Positions 19,139 to 29,269 are shown, counted from the first letter of the stretch. The stretch is 64,000 bases of DNA from Alphaproteobacteria bacterium (GCA_965248835.1 CBDFLJ010000002.1:352001-416000); one strand, 5' to 3'. The notes: generated from the sequence alone by a model not told the origin. Numbers and translations are program-made.

Positions 19139-19681
19139 CTAGCCGGCGACCGAGCCGTAGCCGCGCGCGCTCTTGCCGAAGCCGCCGCGGGAGGTCGTGC
19201 GCATCTTGGTGGTCGGCGCCGCCCCGGCCGATTTTGCGATCTGGGTGCGGCCGATCCGGTCGCCGACCTTGCGGTTGTCGGCGGTGCGGAAGGATTTGGG
19301 ATCGTCGACCGAGCGGTAGAGCGGCTGGGAGGCCACGCCGGCGCGCGGGCCACCGAGCATCGAGCCCATCATGTAGCCCATCATCAGGGGCATGAAGACC
19401 GAGCCGCCGGTGGTGGTGCGCTGCGCCGCCTGCTCGCAGTTTTCCGCGCCGAAATCGGACTGGCAGGCCTCGAGCGAGGTGTATTTGGGCGCCGCCTTGA
19501 TGTGGGCCGTCCGGGCGGTCTCGTATTCGACGTCGCATTGCGCGCGGGTCAGAGCCTGGTCGGCGTAGCATTGCTGAAGGCTCTCGAAGACCATCGCGTC
19601 GATCTGCTGCTCCTCGCATGCGGTCAGCGCGATCGCGCTCGCGCCCATCATCACCAGGCCGATTGATCTGGACCGTTTCAT
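19139..19681 (-). CDS. ygiB: DUF1190 lipoprotein
   Basis: Lipobox LTAC, APKY, FMPLMMGYMMG and TTSRGGFG; directly upstream of ygiC. Confidence 0.9.
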   Translation of the reverse strand: MKRSRSIGLVMMGASAIALTACEEQQIDAMVFESLQQCYADQALTRAQCDVEYETARTAHIKAAPKYTSLEACQSDFGAENCEQAAQRTTTGGSVFMPLMMGYMMGSMLGGPRAGVASQPLYRSVDDPKSFRTADNRKVGDRIGRTQIAKSAGAAPTTKMRTTSRGGFGKSARGYGSVAG

Positions 19682-19814
19682 GGCGACCTCCGGTGGCAAT
19701 CGAATGGTGTCCCGAGCAGGACTCTAGCCCGGAACCGCGCCCATGTCTCGCTGCTGTCCTGCTTCGGACCGGGGCGCGCAGGGGCCAGATCGATGTTGGA
19801 ATGGCACGCCGCTC

Positions 19815-20564
19815 TCATATCCGGTTCTCGGCGATCAGCGCTTCGACCTCCCGGTCGGTCATCTGGAAGTCGAACTGCTCGTTGCGCATGCGCACGCGCT
19901 GTATGCTGACCTCGTGGACGGCGCGCTTCATGCGCTCAAGGTCCTCGGCCGATTCGACCGCCTGGGCAGCGGCCACGGCGGCGTCCTCGTAGTGGTCCTT
20001 CTCGTCGGTGTGGATGATCTTCATCGCCGCGGCGAGCCGCTCCTCGATCTCCCCGCCCGACAGCTTGGAGGCCTCGCGGAAGGTGCTGGCGCCGCCGCCC
20101 TCGGTCAGCCCCATGGCGGCCACCAGGCAGGGATCGCCCGATTCCACATAGGCCCGCCGCATGTCGTTGAGCTCCCGGTCTTCCGGCAACTGGCCGACGT
20201 CGCCGTCGGTGAGCGGACGGCCGAGGATAAATTCCAGCACCTCGGCCAGGACCACGTAGTGCTCGAACTCCTCGGTCATCATCTTGAGCGAGGCCAGCAT
20301 CGCGCGCCGGTCGCCCCCCGTGCCGAGGCCGCGAAAGCCTTCCACGATGTCGCAGAATTCCATATGCAGCGCATTCGCGTAGCCATCGGTTGCGCCGTAG
20401 CCGATGGTCGGGTTGAGCTCTTTGTAGACCGCAGAACCCAGGTAGCGGATATAGGCCTCCCGGCTCGGCGGGCCGGCGAAGAACCTCCTGGTGATCTCCG
20501 CTTCCGCATCCCAGAACGGCTTCGCGACCGCGATCAGCCGCTCGGCAATCTCCTGGTCGGACAT
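19815..20564 (-). CDS. Uncharacterised ferritin-like (diiron carboxylate) protein
   Basis: Helical composition with EEFEH, TEGGG and DEKDH (two ExxH motifs); GGGAGAG RBS. Confidence 0.6.
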   Translation of the reverse strand: MSDQEIAERLIAVAKPFWDAEAEITRRFFAGPPSREAYIRYLGSAVYKELNPTIGYGATDGYANALHMEFCDIVEGFRGLGTGGDRRAMLASLKMMTEEFEHYVVLAEVLEFILGRPLTDGDVGQLPEDRELNDMRRAYVESGDPCLVAAMGLTEGGGASTFREASKLSGGEIEERLAAAMKIIHTDEKDHYEDAAVAAAQAVESAEDLERMKRAVHEVSIQRVRMRNEQFDFQMTDREVEALIAENRI

Positions 20565-20875
20565 CGCGCGCTCTCCCTGACCAAGTGTCGATTATCGCTT
20601 CTCAACTGCGCGGCGCCTATCCCGCGCTTCGTCGCCGGCGCCACGCGGACACCGCCCATATCATAGCGGATAGGCATTGCTGGATGAGCGGGATTCGTTT
20701 TTTGAGCGTTCGCGTTGTGAAGCCTGAGCGCGCCGGCCTGCGGCCCGCATGCGGACGGCAGGCAAGCGCCCCGGGACAGATGAACTTCATGGATAAGCGG
20801 GCAGCGTCTTGCCCCCGCCCGGCCTGCCGCACATGATGGATCGGGCGTAGCGGTCGAACGGTCAAACGGTTGAGC

Positions 20876-22534
20876 ATGGCGAGCAGGACGGACGCGCGGG
20901 CGGTTGCCGCCGCGCAGGATCGGGCCTACCCCGATCTCCACGATCATCTGGCGGCGCTGGACGATGCCGGGTTGCTCTACCGGATCGGCCATGCGGTCGA
21001 TAAGGACTCCGAGCTCCATCCGCTGGTCCGCTGGCAGTTCCGCGGCGGCATCCCCGAAGCCGAGCGCAAGGCGTTCCTGTTCACCGACGTCCGCGATGCC
21101 GCCGGGCGCGCGTTCGATTTCCCGGTCCTGGTCGGCGGGCTCGCGGCGAGCGCGGAGATCTACTCCATCGGCATGGGCGTTCCGGTCGCCGAGATCGGCG
21201 CGGCGTGGCAGCGTGCGATGACGGCGCCGGTCCTGCCGCGCGAGGTCGCGCGCGCGCCGTGCCAGGAAATCGTGCTCAGCGGGGCCGACCTCGACGGGCG
21301 GGGCAGGGGGCTCGACGCCCTGCCGGTGCCGATCTCGACGCCGGGCTACGACGCCGCGCCGTATCTCACCGCGACATGCTGCATCTCGGCCGATCCGGAG
21401 ACCGGCATCCAGAACATGGGCACCTATCGCGGCCAGCTCAAAGGCCCGCGCCGGCTGGGGCTCAAGATGTTCGTCGAGCTCGGCCAGGGCGGCTACGCCC
21501 ATTGGCAAGCCTGCCGGGCGCGCGGCGAGAGGCTTCCTATGGCGATCGTCGTCGGCTGCCCGCCGGTGGTGGCCTATTGCGCGCCGCAGAAGGTCGGCCT
21601 CGGGGTCGACGAGCTCGCGGTGGCCGGCGGTCTCATCGGCGCACCGATCAACGTCGTGCGCGCACGCAGCGTCGACCTGCTGGTGCCGGCGGAAGCCGAG
21701 TTCGTGATCGAAGGCCACGTCGATACCGAGTATTTCGAGCCCGAGGGGCCGTTCGGCGAGAGCCACGGGCATGTGAACCTGGAGGAGTACAACTTCGTCT
21801 TCGAGGTCAGTGCGATCACCCACAGAAGCGATGCCGTCTTCACCTCGATGATCAGCCAGGTAACGCCCAGCGAGTCCTCGGTGGTCAAACGGGTCGCCTA
21901 CGAGCCGTTGTTTCTGGAACATCTGCGCGACCATCTGGGGATCAAGGGGATCCGCCGGGTCTCCATGCACGAGCCGCTGACCAACCTGCGCCGGGTGATC
22001 ATCCTCCAGGTCGCGGCCGGCACGCCGCGCACCGAGATCTGGCGCGCGCTCTACGGCACCTCGTCCTTCCAGAAGCCGTGCGGCAAGTATGTCATCGCGG
22101 TCGACGAGGACATCGATCCGGAAAACGCCGATGCGGTGTTCTGGGCGATGGCCTATCGCGCCGATCCGGCGCGCGATACCGCGATCCTGCCGCACCGCGA
22201 CCGCGGCCACGGGCCGAAGGGCGGGGCCGAGGAGGACTCCTCGCTGCTGGTCGATGCGACCCTGCGCGAGCCGGTGCCGCCGGTCTCGCTTCCCAAGCGC
22301 GAATACATGGAACGGGCGCGCGCGCTGTGGGAGGAGATCGGCCTGCCGCCGCTCAAGCCCGAGCCGCCCTGGCACGGCTATTCGCTGGGCGACTGGTCGC
22401 AGGCATGGGATGAGGATGCGCTGCGCGCGGTCCAGGGCCGCTACATGGAGACCGGCGAGCGGTCGCGCCAGCACCGGCGCAGCGATGTCGAGCCCAACGC
22501 GCTGATCCGCGACGCGGGGCCGCAAGCCGAATGA
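20876..22534 (+). CDS. UbiD-family prFMN-dependent decarboxylase
   Basis: QNMGTYR, VPAEAEFVIEG, EGPFGE, VDEDID and VFWAMAYR. Confidence 0.92.
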   Translation: MASRTDARAVAAAQDRAYPDLHDHLAALDDAGLLYRIGHAVDKDSELHPLVRWQFRGGIPEAERKAFLFTDVRDAAGRAFDFPVLVGGLAASAEIYSIGMGVPVAEIGAAWQRAMTAPVLPREVARAPCQEIVLSGADLDGRGRGLDALPVPISTPGYDAAPYLTATCCISADPETGIQNMGTYRGQLKGPRRLGLKMFVELGQGGYAHWQACRARGERLPMAIVVGCPPVVAYCAPQKVGLGVDELAVAGGLIGAPINVVRARSVDLLVPAEAEFVIEGHVDTEYFEPEGPFGESHGHVNLEEYNFVFEVSAITHRSDAVFTSMISQVTPSESSVVKRVAYEPLFLEHLRDHLGIKGIRRVSMHEPLTNLRRVIILQVAAGTPRTEIWRALYGTSSFQKPCGKYVIAVDEDIDPENADAVFWAMAYRADPARDTAILPHRDRGHGPKGGAEEDSSLLVDATLREPVPPVSLPKREYMERARALWEEIGLPPLKPEPPWHGYSLGDWSQAWDEDALRAVQGRYMETGERSRQHRRSDVEPNALIRDAGPQAE

Positions 22535-23598
22535 GCCCGCACCGCATCGCCGTCATCCCGGGCGACGGCATCGGCAAGGAGGTCGTCCCCGAGGGCCTGC
22601 GCGTGCTCGAGGCCGCCGCTGCCAGGTTCGGCATCGACCTGGCGTGCACGGCGTTCGACTGGGACTGTTCGCGCTATGCCGAGACCGGCCGGATCATGCC
22701 CGCCGACGGGCTCGACCGTCTGGCCGATTTCGACGCGATCTTCCTCGGCGCGGTCGGCATGCCCGGCGTGCCCGACCATGTCTCGCTGTGGGACATGCTG
22801 ATCCCCATCCGGCGGCGGTTCGACCAGTACGTCAATTTGCGCCCGGCCAAGCTGTTCGAAGGCGTGCGCTCGCCGCTGGCCGACCGGCGGCCCGAAGACA
22901 TCGACATGCTGATCGTGCGTGAGAACGTCGAGGGCGAATACTCCCAGATCGGCGGCCGGCTCTATCCCGGCACCGACAACGAGCTCGCCGTCCAGCAGTC
23001 GGTGTTCACCAGGAGGGGCTGCGACCGGATCATGCGCTTCGCCTTCCGTCTGGCCGAGACCAGGAAGGCGCGCAAGGTCACCTCGGCCACCAAGTCGAAC
23101 GGGATCATCCATTCCATGCCCTACTGGGACGAGCGGTTCGCGGCAATCGCGGCCGAGTTTCCCGCGATCGAGACCGACCAGTTCCACATCGACATCCTGG
23201 TTGCCCACTTCGTCGCCCATCCCGACTGGTTCGATGTCGTCGTGGGCTCCAACCTGTTCGGCGACATCCTGTCGGATTTGGGGCCTGCGGTCGCCGGCTC
23301 GATCGGGCTCGCGGCCTCGGGCAACATCAACCCCGAGCGCGACCATCCTTCGATGTTCGAGCCGGTGCATGGCTCCGCGCCGGACATCTACGGCCGGAAG
23401 ATCGCCAACCCGATCGCCCAGATCTGGTCCGGCGCGATGATGCTGGGCCATCTGGGGCATGCCGACGCCGAGGCCGCGATCGTCGAAGCGATCGCCGCCC
23501 TGCTGGCCAGCGACGGGCCGAAGACCGCCGATCTCGGTGGGGCCGCCGGCACCGAAGATGTCGGCCGCGCCCTGGCCGAGGCGGTCCGGTCGGGATGA
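22531..23598 (+). CDS. ttuC: Tartrate/D-malate dehydrogenase (decarboxylating)
   Basis: PGDGIGKEV, PDHVSLW, RRRFDQYVNLRP, TKSNG and FEPVHGSAPDI. Confidence 0.9.
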   Translation: MSPHRIAVIPGDGIGKEVVPEGLRVLEAAAARFGIDLACTAFDWDCSRYAETGRIMPADGLDRLADFDAIFLGAVGMPGVPDHVSLWDMLIPIRRRFDQYVNLRPAKLFEGVRSPLADRRPEDIDMLIVRENVEGEYSQIGGRLYPGTDNELAVQQSVFTRRGCDRIMRFAFRLAETRKARKVTSATKSNGIIHSMPYWDERFAAIAAEFPAIETDQFHIDILVAHFVAHPDWFDVVVGSNLFGDILSDLGPAVAGSIGLAASGNINPERDHPSMFEPVHGSAPDIYGRKIANPIAQIWSGAMMLGHLGHADAEAAIVEAIAALLASDGPKTADLGGAAGTEDVGRALAEAVRSG

Positions 23599-24293
23599 TC
23601 ACCCTCCACGCCTGGCCGACGCCCAACGCCCAGAAGGTCTCGATCATGCTGGAGGAATGCGGCCTGGCCTATGAGGTCGTGACGGTCGACATCAACCGGG
23701 GCGCCCAGTTCGCGCCCGGGTTCCTTGCGATCGCGCCGAACAACCGGATCCCCGCGATCGTCGATGACGAGGGCCTCGACGGCGCGCCGTTGTCGCTGTT
23801 CGAATCGGGCGCGATCCTGCATTACCTGGCCGAGAAGACCGGCCGGTTCATGCCCGAAAGCGGGCCGGGGCGCTACCGCGTGATGGAATGGCTGATGTTC
23901 CAGATGGGCGGGCTCGGCCCGATGTGCGGCCAGGCCCACCATTTTCGCCAGAAGATGGGCGGCTCGACGGTGCCCTACGGCATCGCCCGCTACACCGACG
24001 AGGTCGGGCGGCTCTACGGCGTGATGGAGACCAGGCTCCGGTCCAGCCGCTTCCTCGCCGGCGAGGTCTATTCGGTCGCCGACATCGCCTGTTGGCCCTG
24101 GATCCGCCCGCACCGCCGCCAGGGCCAGGATCTGGCCGATTATCCGTCGCTCCGCCGCTGGTTCGAGGAGATCCGGGCGCGGCCCGCAGTCGAGCGCGGC
24201 ATGCAGCTCCTGGCCCAACACCGCGGCAGGCGCGCGCTCACGCCCGAAGCACGCGCGACCTTGTTCGGCGCCGCCCAGTTCAAGGCGCGCTGA
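23595..24293 (+). CDS. YfcG/Nu-class-like glutathione S-transferase
   Basis: TPNAQK, PNNRIPAI, FESGAIL and WLMFQMGGLGPM. Confidence 0.9.
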   Translation: MITLHAWPTPNAQKVSIMLEECGLAYEVVTVDINRGAQFAPGFLAIAPNNRIPAIVDDEGLDGAPLSLFESGAILHYLAEKTGRFMPESGPGRYRVMEWLMFQMGGLGPMCGQAHHFRQKMGGSTVPYGIARYTDEVGRLYGVMETRLRSSRFLAGEVYSVADIACWPWIRPHRRQGQDLADYPSLRRWFEEIRARPAVERGMQLLAQHRGRRALTPEARATLFGAAQFKAR

Positions 24294-24297
24294 GGCT

Positions 24298-25077
24298 CTA
24301 CCAGGCCGTCCAGCCGCCGTCGACCGACAGCGCCGCGCCGGTGATCAACGCGGCCGCCGGCGAGGCGAGGAAGACCACCGCCCCCATCACGTCCTCCAAT
24401 TGGCCAAGCGCGCCAAGCGGAATCCGGGAAAGCGTATCCTCGCGGAAGGCTCGGTTCTCGAAGAACGGCCTGGTCATCGGGGTGAGGATGAAGGTCGGGC
24501 CGATCGAGTTGACCCGGATCCGGTGCGCTGCGAGCTCGACCGCCATTGCCTTGGTCAGCCCCTCCACCGCGTGCTTGGAGGCGCAGTAGACCGTCCGGGT
24601 CGGTGCGCCGACATGGCCCATCTGCGAGGATATGTTGATGATCGCCCCGCCGTTTCCCGCCTCGATCATCCGCCGTGCCGCGGCCTGGCTTGCCATGAAC
24701 AGCGCCTTGACGTTGAGGTCCATGATCGTGTCGTAGTGGGCCTCGGTCACCTCGACGAACGGTTCGGGCACGTTGGTGCCGGCGTTGTTGACCAGGATGT
24801 CGATGCGCCTGGGGCTTGCCAGCGCCGCGTCAAGCGCCGCGCCCGTAGTGATGTCACAGACGATGGTCCGGGCATCGCCGCCGATCTCGCCGATCCTGGC
24901 CGCGACCTCATCGAGATCGGTCTGGGTGCGGCTGATCAGGACGAGGTCGGCGCCGGCCTCGGCCAGCGCAAGCGCCGCTGCGCGCCCGATGCCACGGCCG
25001 GCTCCGGTCACCACCGCGCACAGCCCGTCGAGCCGCATCGATGGGGTCTTCGGTGTTTCGATGCTCTGAGTGCTCAT
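24298..25077 (-). CDS. SDR oxidoreductase, HpsO-like
   Basis: TPSMRLDG, TGAGRGIG, NNAG, SSQMGHVG, YCASK and VDGGWTA. Confidence 0.85.
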   Translation of the reverse strand: MSTQSIETPKTPSMRLDGLCAVVTGAGRGIGRAAALALAEAGADLVLISRTQTDLDEVAARIGEIGGDARTIVCDITTGAALDAALASPRRIDILVNNAGTNVPEPFVEVTEAHYDTIMDLNVKALFMASQAAARRMIEAGNGGAIINISSQMGHVGAPTRTVYCASKHAVEGLTKAMAVELAAHRIRVNSIGPTFILTPMTRPFFENRAFREDTLSRIPLGALGQLEDVMGAVVFLASPAAALITGAALSVDGGWTAW

Positions 25078-25169
25078 CGGTCCTTTCCGTTTGGCGCGCC
25101 GGCGTGAATTGTTGACAGCACCAGGCCGATTGCCCGTAATCGGCCTCGACCTGGGCAAGGGGGGACGAG

Positions 25170-26138
25170 ATGCCGCGCCGCCACGATGAAGGCAAGCTTG
25201 ATATGACCATCCTCCGCGAGACCGCGGAGCGTTGCAAGAACTGGGGCAAGTGGGGCCCGGACGACGAGGCGGGCACGCTCAACTACATCACGCCCGAGAC
25301 GGTCGTGGCCGCGGCAGGGCTGATCCGCAAGGGCAAGGTGTTCTCGCTCGCGCTGAACTTCGACCGCAACGGCCCGCAGAAGGGCCTGTGGGGCAACCGG
25401 TTCAACCCGATCCACACCATGCTGGCGACCGGCACCGACGCGGTGGCCGGCACCCAGGACGAGGGCGGGCTGCGCTTTGCCGACGACATGGTCTCGCTGC
25501 CGCTGCAATGCGGCACCCAGTGGGACGCGCTGGGCCACATCTTCTACGACGACAAGATGTGGAACGGCTACGACGCCAGGCTGGTCGATTCCGACGGCGC
25601 CCAGAAAAACGGCATCGAAAAGGTCAAGGACAAGATGGTCGGGCGCGGCGTGCTGCTCGATGCCGCGCGCCATTTCGGCGTCGAGCGGTTCCAGGACGGC
25701 ATCGCGATCACCAACGAGGACCTCGACGCCACCGCCGCGGCCCAGGGCGTGGAGATCCGCCGCGGCGATTTCGTGATCGTGCGCACCGGCCACATGGGCC
25801 AGTGCCTGCGCGAGGGCGAATGGGGCGGCTATGCCGGCGGCGACGCGCCGGGGCTCGCCTTCGAGACCGCCGAGTGGATCCACGCCAAGGAGATCGCCGC
25901 GATCTGCACCGATACCTGGGGCTGCGAGGTCCGCCCCAACGAGACCACCCAGGCGAGTCAGCCCTGGCACTGGGTGGTGATCCCGATGATCGGCATCACC
26001 ATGGGCGAGATCTTCTATCTGGAGGAACTCGCCGATGACTGCGCCGAGGACGGCGTCTACGAGTTCTTCTTCTGCGCGCCGCCCTTGCCGATCACCAAGG
26101 CGGTGGGCTCGCCGCTCAACCCGATCGCGGTGAAGTAG
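25170..26138 (+). CDS. Cyclase/kynurenine-formamidase family metallohydrolase
   Basis: NWGKWGPDDEAGTLN, QCGTQWD.LGH, VGRGVLLD, VRTG and GSPLNPIAVK. Confidence 0.88.
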   Translation: MPRRHDEGKLDMTILRETAERCKNWGKWGPDDEAGTLNYITPETVVAAAGLIRKGKVFSLALNFDRNGPQKGLWGNRFNPIHTMLATGTDAVAGTQDEGGLRFADDMVSLPLQCGTQWDALGHIFYDDKMWNGYDARLVDSDGAQKNGIEKVKDKMVGRGVLLDAARHFGVERFQDGIAITNEDLDATAAAQGVEIRRGDFVIVRTGHMGQCLREGEWGGYAGGDAPGLAFETAEWIHAKEIAAICTDTWGCEVRPNETTQASQPWHWVVIPMIGITMGEIFYLEELADDCAEDGVYEFFFCAPPLPITKAVGSPLNPIAVK

Positions 26139-26144
26139 GCACCG

Positions 26145-27446
26145 ATGACGAGGATCCTCAAACGGCGCAAGGGCGCGGAAGAAACTCGGTCCGCCGAGGA
26201 TCAGGTGCGCCGGACTGTCGAGGACATCCTGGGCGATATCCAGGCGCGCGGCGACGAGGCCCTGCGCGCGCTGTCGCAGAAGTTCGATAAATGGTCGCCG
26301 GAAAGTTTCCGGCTGAGCGCCGCGGAGATCGAGGCCCTGGTCGCACGCGTCCCGGCGGAGACCATCTCCGACATCGCGTTCGCCCAGGCCCAGATCCGCA
26401 ACTTCGCCCAGGTCCAGCGCGCGGCGCTGCAAGACGTCGAGGTCGAGACCATCCCCGGGGTGACCTTGGGCCACCGCAACATCCCGGTGCATAGCGTCGG
26501 CTGCTACGTTCCCGGCGGGCGCTACCCGATGGTGGCATCTGCCCATATGAGCGTGGTCACCGCAAAGGCGGCCGGTGTCGAGAGGATCATCGCCTGCACG
26601 CCGCCGACCGACGGGGCGCCCCATGCCGAGACCATCGCCGCAATGGCGTTGGCCGGGGCCGATGAGATCTACATCATCGGCGGCGTCCAGGCGGTCGGCG
26701 CGATGGCGCTGGGCACCGAGACGATCGCGCCGGTCGACATGCTGGTCGGCCCGGGCAACGCCTATGTCGCCGAGGCCAAACGCCAGCTTTTCGGCCGGGT
26801 CGGGATCGACCTGCTCGCCGGCCCGACCGAGATCCTGGTGGTGGCCGACGAGACCGCCGACGCAGAGATGGTAGCGACCGACCTGTTGGGCCAGGCCGAG
26901 CACGGCCCGACATCGCCGGCGACGTTGATCACCACCGATGCCAGACTCGCCGAGGCCCTGCCGGCGGAGATCGACCGCCAGCTCGCCGTGCTGCCGACCG
27001 CCGAGGTCGCCGCTGCCGCGTGGCGCGATTTCGGCCAGATCATCGTGGTCGAGAGCGACGAGGAGGCGGCCGCCGAGGCCGACAAGCTCGCCTGCGAGCA
27101 TGTCGAAATCCTGACCCGCGAGCCGCGCTGGTTCCTCGAGCGCATGCGCAATTACGGCTCGATGTTCCTCGGGCCCGAGACCAACGTGTCCTACGGCGAC
27201 AAGGTGATCGGCACCAACCACACCCTGCCCACCATGGGGGCGGCGCGCTATACTGGCGGGCTGTGGGTCGGCAAGTTCCTGAAGACGGTCACCTATCAGG
27301 AATGCACCGAGGCGGCGAGCGTGGAGATCGGCGATTACTGCTCCAGGCTGTGCGCGATCGAGAAGTTCTGGGGGCATAAGGAACAGGCCGACCTCAGGCT
27401 GCGGCGCTATGGCGGGCGCAATATCGGCCTGGGCGCCGACCGATAG
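26145..27446 (+). CDS. Histidinol dehydrogenase paralog (HpsN-like clade)
   Basis: [37 protein letters not shown]; no his genes nearby. Confidence 0.85.
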   Translation: MTRILKRRKGAEETRSAEDQVRRTVEDILGDIQARGDEALRALSQKFDKWSPESFRLSAAEIEALVARVPAETISDIAFAQAQIRNFAQVQRAALQDVEVETIPGVTLGHRNIPVHSVGCYVPGGRYPMVASAHMSVVTAKAAGVERIIACTPPTDGAPHAETIAAMALAGADEIYIIGGVQAVGAMALGTETIAPVDMLVGPGNAYVAEAKRQLFGRVGIDLLAGPTEILVVADETADAEMVATDLLGQAEHGPTSPATLITTDARLAEALPAEIDRQLAVLPTAEVAAAAWRDFGQIIVVESDEEAAAEADKLACEHVEILTREPRWFLERMRNYGSMFLGPETNVSYGDKVIGTNHTLPTMGAARYTGGLWVGKFLKTVTYQECTEAASVEIGDYCSRLCAIEKFWGHKEQADLRLRRYGGRNIGLGADR

Positions 27447-27461
27447 GGTGGAGCGGCGGGC

Positions 27462-28649
27462 GTGGATGGCGTAATCTCGAACGACCTTCGCGGCGAGCTC
27501 GTCGCGCGTGCGCGCGACCTGGTCCCGGCGCTGCGCGAGCGCGCGGCGACGTGCGATGAGATCCGCACGATCCCGCAGGAAACCCACGATGCCTTCCTCG
27601 ATGCCGGGTTCTACAAGATCCTCCAGCCGGCGCGGTTCGGCGGGCTCGAGATGGATCTGGAGACCATGATCGACGTCGCGGCCGAGCTCGGCCGCGGCTG
27701 CGGCTCCAGCACTTGGGTCTACACCAACCTGGTCATGCAGGCCTGGCTCAACGGCCGCAAGGACCCGCGCGCCCAGGAAGAGTTGTGGGGCGATGACGAG
27801 GATGCCCAGGTCGCCTGCTCCTTCCCCGATCCCGCGGCGGAGGTGCGCGAGATCGACGGCGGCTTCGTGGTCAAGGGCACCTGGCGCTATTCCAGCGGCA
27901 TCGATTTCGTGAGCTGGAACAACCTCCAGCTCTTCCTCAAGCCCGAGCACGGCCCGCCGGTCAACGTGTTCGCGATGATCCACAACGCCGAATACGAGGT
28001 GATCGACGACTGGGACATGACGGGTCTGCGCGGCACCGGCAGCCGCTCGCTGCGCATCGAAGAAGCGTTCATCCCGGAATACCGCGTCCACCGCATCCGA
28101 GACGACCAGGCCTTCGAGACCCCGGGCAGCAAGATCAATCCCGGCACGATCTACCGCCTGCCGTTCTGGGGGATCGGCGGGCGTGCCTTCTCCAGCCCGG
28201 CGATCGGTTATGCCCGCGGCGTGATGGACCTGGTGGTCGCGGACTTGCGCGACCGGGTGGCCGCGCGCGGCGGCGTCAAGCTCGCCGACCAGCCGACCGT
28301 CCAGGTGCGCATCGCCGAAGCCGGGGCCGAGATCGACGCCGCCTGGGCGCTTCTGCTGCGCGACTGCGCCGAGGCGACCGCGATGACCGAGGCCGGCCGG
28401 ATGGCCGACCTCGAGACCCGGATGCGCTGGCGGCGCAACAACGCCTACGCGGTCCAGCTCTGCCTCCGGGCGACCGACCGTCTCTACCCGCTGGCCGGCA
28501 TGCGCGCCATGCAGCCCGGCAGCGCGGTCGCGCGGCTATGGCGCGACGTCCACGCCGCCTCGTCCCAGGTCGGCACCGCCTGGGATCCGCAGGCCACCAA
28601 CTACGGCAAGGCGCTGTTCGGCGCCGCGCTGTCCGACCCGCGTGCCTGA
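27462..28649 (+). CDS. Group D two-component flavin monooxygenase, oxygenase subunit (HsaA/HpaB-C2-like)
   Basis: LQPARFGG, GTWRYSSG, DW...GLRGTGS and RLWRDVH. Confidence 0.88.
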   Translation: MDGVISNDLRGELVARARDLVPALRERAATCDEIRTIPQETHDAFLDAGFYKILQPARFGGLEMDLETMIDVAAELGRGCGSSTWVYTNLVMQAWLNGRKDPRAQEELWGDDEDAQVACSFPDPAAEVREIDGGFVVKGTWRYSSGIDFVSWNNLQLFLKPEHGPPVNVFAMIHNAEYEVIDDWDMTGLRGTGSRSLRIEEAFIPEYRVHRIRDDQAFETPGSKINPGTIYRLPFWGIGGRAFSSPAIGYARGVMDLVVADLRDRVAARGGVKLADQPTVQVRIAEAGAEIDAAWALLLRDCAEATAMTEAGRMADLETRMRWRRNNAYAVQLCLRATDRLYPLAGMRAMQPGSAVARLWRDVHAASSQVGTAWDPQATNYGKALFGAALSDPRA

Positions 28650-28681
28650 CCCGAATGATGCCAAGCAGGGAGGAAACCCAG

Positions 28682-29209
28682 ATGGCAAACCGTGAAGTCT
28701 CTCGCGAGGAAATGCTGTCCCGCACCGCCAGGTTCGACGACCTCAACCCGAGCCCGGTCGCCTTCGTCGACACAAAGCTGCCCGGCCATGAGCGCGACAT
28801 CTACAACGTCATCGGCGCCGGCGTGACCGAGGATGCCAATCTCAAGCCCGCGATCGCTGCGGTCGAGGGTTTCAACCTCACCTATTCCGCGGCCGAGCCC
28901 GGCAAGGGCGCGGCGCTGCATTCCCACCAGACGGTCGAGGTGTTCATCCCGATGTCCGGCAAATGGTCGGTCTATTGGGGCGACGACGGCGAGAACGAGG
29001 TGATCCTCGGGCCGTGGGATGTGGTCTCGGTGCCGGTCGGCGTGATGCGCGGCTTCAAGAACGTCGGCACCGAGCACGCCTTCTTGATGGCGATCATCGG
29101 CGGCACCGATTCCGGCAAGGTCGACTGGGCCGAAAGTGTGCTCGAACGGGCCGCTAAGACCGGCCTGGCACTCGATAATGCCGGCAACCTGGTCGAGGCG
29201 CAGGCCTAG
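28682..29209 (+). CDS. Cupin-domain protein
   Basis: LHSHQTVEVF and DVVSVPVGVMRGF; GGGAGG RBS. Confidence 0.85.
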   Translation: MANREVSREEMLSRTARFDDLNPSPVAFVDTKLPGHERDIYNVIGAGVTEDANLKPAIAAVEGFNLTYSAAEPGKGAALHSHQTVEVFIPMSGKWSVYWGDDGENEVILGPWDVVSVPVGVMRGFKNVGTEHAFLMAIIGGTDSGKVDWAESVLERAAKTGLALDNAGNLVEAQA

Positions 29210-29236
29210 CCTCGCCCCACCGCAGAGCGAACGCCG

Positions 29237-29269
29237 GTCCGGGGGCCTGTTCCGAACGGGCTCCCGGAC
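29237..29269. terminator. GC-rich hairpin between convergent genes
   Basis: gtccgggggcctgtt-ccg-aacgggctcccggac forms a 15-bp stem with two G-U pairs. Confidence 0.6.

Noticed and set aside
26145-27446. Biosynthetic hisD
   Set aside because: No his genes nearby; catabolic neighbours and paralog-type motifs ([12 protein letters not shown]).
25074-28091. Very long antisense or alternative-frame ORFs (e.g. 25074-28091, 33373-35796, 42239-44446, 9327-11030)
   Set aside because: Shadow ORFs of real genes in high-GC DNA; no family motifs and Arg/Ala/Gly-biased composition.
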